Sequence record: MK327933.1
Direction: 5' to 3' (one strand)
Length of the DNA stretch: 64,000 bases
Origin: Escherichia phage vB_EcoM_G2285
Position 1 is the first letter of the stretch. Each line of letters opens with the position of its first letter. Positions 19,422 through 27,374 of the stretch are shown here, piece by piece. The translations under genes and the position numbers were made by a program. Under the pieces are notes generated by a model, which worked only from the letters and a program-made list of their open reading frames with translations, made no database searches and was not told the DNA's origin.

Positions 19422-19735
19422 ATTTCCTCGCAAAATGCCCATTCAGCATGATAAACTGTAGCGCCTTTAGTATTATTCATTTGAACTACGTCTACCGGAG
19501 AAATTACTCGATAGAGACGTGGTTCACCTCCATAAGAGCGTGCTGCTCGTCCTGCATAAATCTTTGCTAAACCGATATCTTCAGTAAAGAATACACGATC
19601 CAAGTTTTTCTTACGTCCAGTTTCAGACAGAACTCCTGTTTCTTCAGGAGGACAAAGCATGTTTTCGATGTTAGCTGAACTACTTGAACCGTGATAAAAA
19701 ATCTTAAATTCTGCTTTACAATCGATGGTTTTCAT
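19418..19735 (-). CDS. Arr-like ADP-ribosyltransferase-fold protein (candidate)
   Basis: 105 aa; FYHGSSS.. (HG[ST] motif), VFFTED, YRVISP blocks align to recalled Arr rifampin ADP-ribosyltransferase. Confidence 0.45.
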   Translation of the reverse strand: MKTIDCKAEFKIFYHGSSSSANIENMLCPPEETGVLSETGRKKNLDRVFFTEDIGLAKIYAGRAARSYGGEPRLYRVISPVDVVQMNNTKGATVYHAEWAFCEEI

Positions 19736-19761
19736 TTTGTTCTCCAGTAGTTGATAGGTCT

Positions 19762-19790
19762 ATAATAACACAACTACTGGAGAAGTAAAC
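19762..19790 (-). promoter_or_regulatory. early-type promoter embedded in 14-bp-arm palindrome (arms 19740-19753 / 19771-19784)
   Basis: minus GTTTAC-N17-TATTAT; downstream arm CAACTACTGGAGAA contains the SD. Confidence 0.55.
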
Positions 19791-20165
19791 TTAAAAATGT
19801 AATTTAGATATATCTGCGTTGATTTCGTTTTGGTTTGCGTCATATGCAATTAAACGAACCGCTTTAGATGGGTCATTCAATGCATAGAAATGATGGAACA
19901 TTGCTCGAACGATATCACCATTTACGAGTTCTACCTGGATAGGAGAACCTTTTTCGAGTTGGAAATGTTCATAAGCTTTGATGGTTCGTAGATAATCAAG
20001 TTTTTGATTTCCAGCTCCAACTATTTGTACGATACGTTTGCCTGTGTTTTCCATACGAGATACAATAGATTTAGGAGCAAGAATAACGTAGGTTGCCAGC
20101 GGAGAAACTACTTCAACAGTTGTGTTTTCGGTGATTGCAGTAAAAATTGCTTGAGACATATTCAT
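19791..20165 (-). CDS. hypothetical protein
   Basis: 124 aa ORF between gp41 and dmd, not in the T4 backbone as recalled. Confidence 0.5.
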   Translation of the reverse strand: MNMSQAIFTAITENTTVEVVSPLATYVILAPKSIVSRMENTGKRIVQIVGAGNQKLDYLRTIKAYEHFQLEKGSPIQVELVNGDIVRAMFHHFYALNDPSKAVRLIAYDANQNEINADISKLHF

Positions 20166-20194
20166 AATGTTTTCCTCTTGGTTGGTGTAAGTAC

Positions 20195-20224
20195 ATCATA
20201 TCATGCCTAGAGGAAGATGTAAAC
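20195..20224 (-). promoter_or_regulatory. early-type promoter (-35 GTTTAC, 18 bp, -10 TATGAT)
   Basis: minus GTTTAC-N18-TATGAT then CAACCAAGAGGAAAACATTATG. Confidence 0.4.
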
Positions 20225-20230
20225 CCCGAA

Positions 20231-20250
20231 AGGAGACCGAAGTCTCCTTT
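20231..20250 (-). terminator. hairpin terminator after gene 41 (T-run stronger on plus strand)
   Basis: AGGAGAC-CGAA-GTCTCCT with TTTTT on plus strand; TTCGGGGTTT on minus. Confidence 0.45.
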
Positions 20251-20253
20251 TTA

Positions 20254-21696
20254 TTAAAATTTTAACTCGTTGGCTAAGCTATCTAGGTCAGCACGTGTTG
20301 CTTTGGCTTTACCTACGCGTTCCGTACGATTCATCTCTGCCTGACGCATCTGAGCACCTGCGTTTTCATTTACTGTGTTAGGTGTGTTCATGCCTTCTTG
20401 CTCAATCTCAACCCATTTCTGGTTGCCTTTACGTACACCCATCAGGAATTTATTCCACTTATTCTTATCACCATATCGTGATTTGATTTGTTTGATAAGT
20501 TGTTGTTCAGCTTGTGCAAGTTCTTCGGTTTCAATTACGGCCAACATGAAATCTGCCGTTGCTGGTAAACCTGCTGATTCTGCAATATCACTCATGTTCA
20601 TGTCTGAAGCATCCCATGCTGCACGTCCTACTTGAGCTGCAGTCCATAGAACTGTTTCAGATTCTACTGCTAATGCACGAAGTTCTTCTGCGATAGCTTT
20701 AACTAATGTGTAGCTATTTTCAGTGTAAACTCTGATACGACAAGACCCACAAATACCTAAGTAATCAACCATGATTACAGATGGTACAAAGTTCTTCTTA
20801 AGTTTTAACTCATTAAGCAATGCACGGAATGTATTAGCGTTAGCTCCGCCAGTAGGATACTGTTTAACTACTAAACGTCCTAATGTGGATTTTGAACGCC
20901 ATTTTTCCATCTTGGCTTTATATTCAGCATAAGATACGTTACCATCATCGATATCATCGAGTGATACGTCAAGCATGTTTGCATCTATACGCTTAGCACA
21001 AACTTCTTCAGCCATTTCCATGGAAATATAAAGAACGTTATGACCTGTTTGAAGATAATCTGCAGCAAGTGAACAAAGGCCTAAAGATTTACCGACGTTA
21101 ACACCAGCCATTAAAACGTTTAGTGTACCGGTTTCTGCGCCGCCTTTGGTGATTTTATTCAAAATGTTTAATTTGAACGGGACCTTACGTGCTTTATTTA
21201 GATAAGAAAGCCAGCGTGCTTCGTAGTCTTCCATCCAGTCGTGTCCAACATAACTATCGAACGAAATTGAAAGTGCTTGACGCATAATATCAGGAATAGC
21301 TCCTACGTCAGGCATTTTCTTGTTACGTTGTTCTGGAGGTAGTTCAGCATTAGACTGAATCTCAATGATTTTGGATGTAGCATTATACATCGCTTTTTGC
21401 TGGACATATTTCTCAGTTTCTTTAACCAACCACTCATGGTCTTCAGGAGTATCAGCCAATTTTTCAATTAGGTCTGAAGTTCCTTTATATTCGGCTTCAG
21501 TTAAAGAACTGTTATCTAAAGCCACCTTTAACGCATTGATAGATGGCATTGCATTATATTCGTTAACGTGGCTCTTTATAATTTTAAAGACATTTTTTGC
21601 CGGTCCACGCTCAAAATACTCAGAATCCATATAAGGCCAGACCTTAGAAAAATAAGCCTGGTCGTATACTAGATGAGACAAAATAATTTCTACCAC
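20254..21696 (-). CDS. 41: replicative DNA helicase (DnaB-like)
   Basis: 480 aa; MVEIILSHLVYDQAYFSKVWPYMDSEYF and near-colinear with recalled T4 gp41. Confidence 0.95.
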   Translation of the reverse strand: MVEIILSHLVYDQAYFSKVWPYMDSEYFERGPAKNVFKIIKSHVNEYNAMPSINALKVALDNSSLTEAEYKGTSDLIEKLADTPEDHEWLVKETEKYVQQKAMYNATSKIIEIQSNAELPPEQRNKKMPDVGAIPDIMRQALSISFDSYVGHDWMEDYEARWLSYLNKARKVPFKLNILNKITKGGAETGTLNVLMAGVNVGKSLGLCSLAADYLQTGHNVLYISMEMAEEVCAKRIDANMLDVSLDDIDDGNVSYAEYKAKMEKWRSKSTLGRLVVKQYPTGGANANTFRALLNELKLKKNFVPSVIMVDYLGICGSCRIRVYTENSYTLVKAIAEELRALAVESETVLWTAAQVGRAAWDASDMNMSDIAESAGLPATADFMLAVIETEELAQAEQQLIKQIKSRYGDKNKWNKFLMGVRKGNQKWVEIEQEGMNTPNTVNENAGAQMRQAEMNRTERVGKAKATRADLDSLANELKF

Positions 21697-21705
21697 GATA
21701 ACTCC

Positions 21706-22047
21706 TTAAAAGAATTTAAATTTTTTCTTGGTTCGTTCATTAAAAGCTTGTTGTACTTGCATTGTAACACATTTTTCAACGTGTGGTGCAAGTTCTGCTT
21801 TTCTGTCCTGGTCAAGAACTGCAAAGTCCATTACGATTTTACCATCATCCCAGTCTAGTTTTGTAATATAGACTATATGATGGGAACCGTCTTCAAGTGT
21901 AATCAGAATCTCTTGAATGACATTTTCCATTGCTGAACGGACAATTTTAAGAGATTCATTAAACACTCGTTCTTTGCGAATGTCCTCCCCTTCCGAAGAA
22001 GGGGAGTCATCAACGATTTCTAGATTTAAATCATCGAGATTATTCAT
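21706..22047 (-). CDS. 40: gp40-like protein (head vertex assembly chaperone position)
   Basis: about 113 aa between uvsX and gene 41; positional call. Confidence 0.5.
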   Translation of the reverse strand: MNNLDDLNLEIVDDSPSSEGEDIRKERVFNESLKIVRSAMENVIQEILITLEDGSHHIVYITKLDWDDGKIVMDFAVLDQDRKAELAPHVEKCVTMQVQQAFNERTKKKFKFF

Positions 22048-23212
22048 CGAAATCTTCCATTTCGTCAAGGTCGTTTTCTATATCTGCTGCAGACGGAGCA
22101 TCAGAAGTTTTAACCGGAACTTTAGTTGTTGCTTTGCAATTAATAAGGTCATTAACAGCGTCATCAACTTCTTTAATAGAAGAGATAGCACCTAGTTTAT
22201 ATTTAGTTTCAATTGCATCTCGGAAAGGTTTGTGTTTAAACAACGGCCCCCAGAATTCTACACAATCAGTAGCTTTAGCACGCCATGATTTTTCTTCACG
22301 AATCATTTCGCCTGTTTCTTCGTCAAGGAATTCACGAGCATACCACCCGGCTTTAGGCTTAACTACAAAACCAATTTCAGTTGCCATTTCTAACAAGCCG
22401 CTGAATGGGTCGATACCACCATCGAAATTAACCGTGATCGGGAAAGTAGATTTTTCTTTAACAGTACGAGATTTTTCTGCTTTCAACGTGAAGTCATAAC
22501 CGGTCAATTCTGTACCTTCTTTAACCTGACGTTTAGAGATAAAGAATACAGTGTTAGCAGAGTAAAGAATACCTGTACCACCACCCATAATCTCTTTAGG
22601 ATATAGTCCGCCGATTTCCATTGCGGTATGGTTAATTGCAACACACGGAATATCTTTAATAGTCAGATACGGGGTCACAATGCGGAACAGAGATTTAAGT
22701 GCCTTAGCACGAGACATATCACCTACAACTTTCTCGTTCAACGCATCTTCGGTTTCTTTCTTAGATGCAGTATTACCGATTGAATCGATAAAGATAATAA
22801 CTTTATCACCCCGTTCAATCGCGTCAAGCTGATTAGTCATATCAACTTTAAGTTGTTCGACGGATTGAATCGGAGTATGAACTACACGGTCTAAATCAAC
22901 ACCCATTGAACGAAAATAAGATTCTGAAGCACCGAATTCTGAGTCATAAAACAAACAGATTGCATCTTTATATTTCTTCATATATGCTGCAACCATAGTT
23001 AGTCCAAACAGTGTTTTAAAATGTTTAGAAGGTGCAGCAAAAATAGTTAAGCCTGATTGCAACCCGGCATTCAGTGCACCACCTAATGCAATATTCAACA
23101 TCGGAATACGAGTAGGGACTTCATCACGATTATTAAACAGCTTAGACTTAGTCAAGTCTGCAGTCATTTTAGAAGTAGAAGCTTTAATCAGACGAGATTT
23201 TAAATCAGACAT
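22040..23212 (-). CDS. uvsX: UvsX recombinase (RecA-like)
   Basis: 390 aa; MSDLKSRLIKASTSK.., GPSKHFKT Walker A; colinear with recalled T4 UvsX. Confidence 0.95.
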   Translation of the reverse strand: MSDLKSRLIKASTSKMTADLTKSKLFNNRDEVPTRIPMLNIALGGALNAGLQSGLTIFAAPSKHFKTLFGLTMVAAYMKKYKDAICLFYDSEFGASESYFRSMGVDLDRVVHTPIQSVEQLKVDMTNQLDAIERGDKVIIFIDSIGNTASKKETEDALNEKVVGDMSRAKALKSLFRIVTPYLTIKDIPCVAINHTAMEIGGLYPKEIMGGGTGILYSANTVFFISKRQVKEGTELTGYDFTLKAEKSRTVKEKSTFPITVNFDGGIDPFSGLLEMATEIGFVVKPKAGWYAREFLDEETGEMIREEKSWRAKATDCVEFWGPLFKHKPFRDAIETKYKLGAISSIKEVDDAVNDLINCKATTKVPVKTSDAPSAADIENDLDEMEDFDE

Positions 23213-23310
23213 TGTATTTTTCCATAGGCATCATTATATTTTACTCATGTTTAAAAGATAAGATGATTATATACTAAGGGTTATACAGCATTTAAAACTT
23301 TAAATGGCTC

Positions 23311-23859
23311 TTAACGAGCCCATTTGATGATTTCTGTAATCAAATCATTACGTTCGCTTGCATTAAATCCTATAACTTTGTTAGCACCATCATGATTAAG
23401 TAATTGATACGTTTGGATTTCGTTATGAATTGCAAACTCTTCAAAATATGAAATGACTGTATTAAAACCGAATGAAGACAAAGTAATAAGGTCGTCTTCA
23501 AAACTTTCAGTCATTTCGTTACGTGTTAAAATAATTGTGAACACATCATGGTTTTGGCAAAGACGAACATAATCCTGTTCATAAACGTCAAGAACCGAGT
23601 CCGCATCTTGTCGAATACGTCCATAAACCCAGTTACTAATATATCCACGGTCTAACAGATAAATCTTAGTAGGGTCTAAATAATTCAACATCGTTTCGAA
23701 ACAACCAACTTCATTTCGAGACTTAACATCGAAACGTCCATCAACTGTTCGTTTAGGGAAATCAATCTTTACATATCTTTCACTAATTTCCATTATGTCA
23801 TTAATGAAAGTTGTTTTACCAGCATTATCCGGGCCATCTACTAAAATAATTTTAGCCAT
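23311..23859 (-). CDS. P-loop nucleotide kinase-like protein (dNMP/thymidylate-kinase fold)
   Basis: 182 aa; Walker A VDGPDNAGKTT, downstream LLDRGY (DRY-like) motif. Confidence 0.5.
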   Translation of the reverse strand: MAKIILVDGPDNAGKTTFINDIMEISERYVKIDFPKRTVDGRFDVKSRNEVGCFETMLNYLDPTKIYLLDRGYISNWVYGRIRQDADSVLDVYEQDYVRLCQNHDVFTIILTRNEMTESFEDDLITLSSFGFNTVISYFEEFAIHNEIQTYQLLNHDGANKVIGFNASERNDLITEIIKWAR

Positions 23860-23860
23860 T

Positions 23861-24760
23861 TTATTCCTCGATTACGACATCTTCATATTTAGGTATATTA
23901 TACGGTGAAGAAATTAAAGCATTAAAGTAGATGAACTCACCAAGACCTGGATGGAATACTTCTTCAGGATTTTCGAAATATTGAATCTTCGGACGTCCTT
24001 TAAGAATTTGATAGTACTCAGTTTTAGTTGGTTTAAAAATTCGAATCAGCGCTTCTTCAGGATACTTATTTCTGTCGAAGCTATTATTTGGATCGGTTAT
24101 ATAAAGCGGTTGACCTAATTGAATTGCACATTCAACCACTTGTTCAAAACGATAGCATGGGTCACTAATTCGAAACGGATGAAAAATACCATCTAGATGA
24201 ATAGGAGCCAAATCACCTACAAGACGCTGCATGATGGAAGGACGTATAACTTTCTGCGTTACGATAATCTTATTACCATCGGCACCAGCGTTAACCAGCA
24301 CTTCTTTTTGACGTTCATTCAACACAGTAGTTTGAAGTGAACGATTAACCGACAACATGTCGGTTTTTAAGAATTCGTCAATATAAAAACGTGGTTTATT
24401 AGGGTCTGCCGTGATATTGAAATTGAATTCCACATCAAAAGCGCCGTCATATCCAGTGATATCTGTGATTAGAAAATCACAATCATAATAAGCAATTAAT
24501 GAATCAACCACAAATTCATTTTCAGACCAGAAATATTTACGAGTGTTATACGCGTTATCTTTATACCATAATGGAACAAACTTAAATTCCGGGAAAAGAC
24601 GTTCGCATTCTTTAATATCAGATGCATTACGTGGATATGTAATCACATCACCTGGATTAGCACGGTGCAAATGAAGTTGGAAGTTGCCATCCTTAAGGAT
24701 AGCATACTGTCCAGTTTCATAAGACCGCATACTCAAGATTGGTACGCGGAAAATAGCCAT
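23861..24760 (-). CDS. hypothetical protein in the position of T4 beta-glucosyltransferase
   Basis: 299 aa; tightly coupled to flanking genes; no recognised motif. Confidence 0.5.
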   Translation of the reverse strand: MAIFRVPILSMRSYETGQYAILKDGNFQLHLHRANPGDVITYPRNASDIKECERLFPEFKFVPLWYKDNAYNTRKYFWSENEFVVDSLIAYYDCDFLITDITGYDGAFDVEFNFNITADPNKPRFYIDEFLKTDMLSVNRSLQTTVLNERQKEVLVNAGADGNKIIVTQKVIRPSIMQRLVGDLAPIHLDGIFHPFRISDPCYRFEQVVECAIQLGQPLYITDPNNSFDRNKYPEEALIRIFKPTKTEYYQILKGRPKIQYFENPEEVFHPGLGEFIYFNALISSPYNIPKYEDVVIEE

Positions 24761-25476
24761 TAGTCAAGGAATCCTTTAACATAATCAAAATCACGTTCAA
24801 ACACATGGGCACTTACCATGGTATGAGTATAATCACCAACTTCTACACCACATTCGTTAGCGATATAATGAAGTAATTTTCCTTGGAGATAAAAATCCAA
24901 CTGCATAACAACAGCACAGTTCTGGGAACGCATATGACAGTGGGTATAAAGCTTACCATCACGAATATAATAAGTCACTGAGTCAGTACATGGATATTCA
25001 AGCGTTTCGTCCGAATCAAGCAAAGCCTGATCAGAACTTTCTAGAATTTGGAACACAACTCTTCGAGAGTTAGGCTTCTCTTTAAGTTCTTTTAGAAGAG
25101 CTGGTAATTGGGCCGCAATGCGAGGACCATAGAAAGTGTTGAAGTTTGCCGGCAAAACATCTGATTTTGGTTTAGAAATAAATTTAGCGACATTAGGATA
25201 TGCCTTAAACGCTTCTTCTGCGTTGGTACCACCAGAAATCATAAACTTCCAGAAGTCTTCGGCATATTCATAAGAGATGCGGTTAATACGTGGGTCGGTC
25301 ATTTTGAATGATGATGGAGTGTCAACAACTACTGTCATAGACCCAATTTCATTACAACGTCCAATACGAGAATCAGTTACGAATTCCGGGTTTTCTAAAA
25401 TTTCACGATTGACTGCTTTAAAGGCGGTTTGAAAATCTGCGGCTTTGATATATTTCATTGTGTTATGTTTTCCCAT
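24760..25476 (-). CDS. thymidylate-synthase-family pyrimidine hydroxymethylase (gp42-like, divergent)
   Basis: 238 aa; NSRR, YPCTDS (catalytic Cys), HMRSQN blocks of TS/dCMP-hydroxymethylase fold; N-terminal half unlike recalled T4 gp42. Confidence 0.6.
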   Translation of the reverse strand: MGKHNTMKYIKAADFQTAFKAVNREILENPEFVTDSRIGRCNEIGSMTVVVDTPSSFKMTDPRINRISYEYAEDFWKFMISGGTNAEEAFKAYPNVAKFISKPKSDVLPANFNTFYGPRIAAQLPALLKELKEKPNSRRVVFQILESSDQALLDSDETLEYPCTDSVTYYIRDGKLYTHCHMRSQNCAVVMQLDFYLQGKLLHYIANECGVEVGDYTHTMVSAHVFERDFDYVKGFLD

Positions 25477-25505
25477 GTTTACCTCAATACAATTTATTAT
25501 ATACT

Positions 25506-25530
25506 CAATTCATAAAGCTTATTTGAATTT
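25506..25530 (-). promoter_or_regulatory. middle-promoter-like element (MotA-box-like AAGCTTTA, 11 bp, -10 TATAAT)
   Basis: minus AAGCTTTA-TGAATTGAGTA-TATAAT then GAGGTAAACATGG. Confidence 0.4.
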
Positions 25531-25653
25531 CTTAGCGATGTTGATATAACGTAAAGCTTCAGCATCAATACTTCCAAGAACACTATGAAGAAATGCATCA
25601 GCGTAGTATTACAATTGAACAGGTTCTTTAATCACTTTAGCCGCTTTGGTTTT

Positions 25654-25677
25654 AAAAAGGCCCATCAGGGCCTTTTT
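25654..25677. terminator. bidirectional rho-independent terminator
   Basis: perfect palindrome AAAAAGGCCC-ATCA-GGGCCTTTTT, T-runs on both strands. Confidence 0.7.
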
Positions 25678-25754
25678 AAGAATTTGTTCGTTAGTGTTCA
25701 GTTTCGTAGTCAAAATCTCTTCATTAAGTTGGTGGTTAAAAGTTTTTCTAGAAA

Positions 25755-26915
25755 TCATTCCGGGTACCTCAAAGCGTCATCAGAGTTAGTTATATCAATA
25801 ATAGATATAGAGTTTTCTGCTAACCCGGTTTTAGATAATTGACGTTTATAATATCTTTCACAATATGTACACGTCGTCCCGCAGATTTCATTAGCACAAT
25901 CGAAATCTGGATGTCTGAACCACCTTTTTTCTAAAAAGCCATCTAACAAAGAGGTTTCAATATTTACTGTATGTGAAAACTCTGTCTCATTTTCAAGAGT
26001 GAAAATGGTCTCTAAAGGCTTCCACAGTTCTAACAAATTACCTTCAAACTTTTCAGAAGCATAAGCTTCAAGAACTTTCAAAATGTAGTCTGTGCTACCT
26101 GTACGTCCTGAAACTTTGAATTGAGTGATACCAATATCATTATAAAGTTTCAAATCTTGAGGACGAACAAAACGAGTTCTCAACCAGTTAAATGGATCTG
26201 TATCACGAGCTTTAATACAGTGCTGCATTGGATATCCATTTAAAGATTTGGCATCATCAGCTGTAACATCAGTACTATGGAAAATATAGCAAGAGTCACG
26301 ATAACTACAATGTGTTGTATACCCTTTACCAGCATTAGAACAGAACTCATTTACAAGAACTTCAAATATTATATTGTTCTTATTGCAAAACTCTGCTGCA
26401 CGCTTCAGGAAAGAAACTGAACGGTTCTTATGAATTCCACAGCAGACCTTTTTGATATTATATTGGTCATGCAAGTATTTGATTTGAGTTACAGCATCGA
26501 CATGTAGAATTGTTGAAACTTCAATCTCAATATCTTTATTGACTTCACGAACAATTTCCATAACAACAGGGTTAGCGATAGTAATACGCCATACGCCTAT
26601 TGACCAAAGATACTGAACATAATCCTGAATAGCTTTCTTCTTCCACTCAACTAGTTCTCTTTTTGAACCAGGATTTATCGTGTTGAGTGTATAGTTAAAG
26701 CAAATACCTAATTCGTTACAACGTTTAACGTAATCTTCTAACATCTTTTTGTCAACGTCAGGAAGCCTAAAATCAGGTCTGGCTGCTACAAAAGCCATTT
26801 CTCTTGTAGAGCCGTATACTTCGTTTATCAAGCTATTAGGATAAGTTTTATTGAGCTCTACGATTTTATCAAGAAGAGCTAAATCAAAATTCGTTCCGAT
26901 TTTAAAAGTATTCAT
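25755..26915 (-). CDS. Cys-rich enzyme of unknown function (weak peptidase-U32-like resemblance)
   Basis: 386 aa; C-terminal C-x4-C-x3-C-x2-C cluster plus VCCG, CSNAG, HCSYRDSC. Confidence 0.5.
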   Translation of the reverse strand: MNTFKIGTNFDLALLDKIVELNKTYPNSLINEVYGSTREMAFVAARPDFRLPDVDKKMLEDYVKRCNELGICFNYTLNTINPGSKRELVEWKKKAIQDYVQYLWSIGVWRITIANPVVMEIVREVNKDIEIEVSTILHVDAVTQIKYLHDQYNIKKVCCGIHKNRSVSFLKRAAEFCNKNNIIFEVLVNEFCSNAGKGYTTHCSYRDSCYIFHSTDVTADDAKSLNGYPMQHCIKARDTDPFNWLRTRFVRPQDLKLYNDIGITQFKVSGRTGSTDYILKVLEAYASEKFEGNLLELWKPLETIFTLENETEFSHTVNIETSLLDGFLEKRWFRHPDFDCANEICGTTCTYCERYYKRQLSKTGLAENSISIIDITNSDDALRYPE

Positions 26916-26972
26916 TTTTTTTGCATCTCACGTTAATTGACGCGATGGTTTTTGCAGGTCTTACTTAAATTA

Positions 26973-27374
26973 TTATAGATTCGGTTTATACGATTTAAAT
27001 GTTTCGAATTCGCCTTTATTCATAAGAGCTTTGAATTCGTCAGGACGCATAGCTTTGTCGTCGATAATCCAATCATATACTGGTTTATGTGTTAGCAAAT
27101 TATGGTACTTCAAACCAATGTTTTCCAAGTTCTGAATCAGACTTGGGAGAATGTCAATTGCTATACGACCAGGACCTACTGACTTCATACCGCGAGCAGT
27201 GTAAAGCGTTATGGTATGCCCTGCATCATACAGGGCATTAATGGCAGACACCATTTCGACGTCAGGTTTGAAGTTCACGTAATCACGATTGTTATTCCAC
27301 TCTGTTATACAATCATCGACATCAAAACAAAGATTAAGCATGTTTTCTACACGGTGCATTAGATTCGTTCCCAT
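26973..27374 (-). CDS. HAD-superfamily phosphatase
   Basis: 133 aa; motif I LCFDVDDCIT (DxDx[TV]) near N-terminus; alternative start 27359 overlaps upstream stop. Confidence 0.6.
   Translation of the reverse strand: MGTNLMHRVENMLNLCFDVDDCITEWNNNRDYVNFKPDVEMVSAINALYDAGHTITLYTARGMKSVGPGRIAIDILPSLIQNLENIGLKYHNLLTHKPVYDWIIDDKAMRPDEFKALMNKGEFETFKSYKPNL

Noticed and set aside
20231-20250. Plus-strand terminator reading of the hairpin after gene 41
   Set aside because: The T-run is better on the plus strand, but no plus-strand gene ends here; it is kept as a minus-strand terminator of lower confidence.
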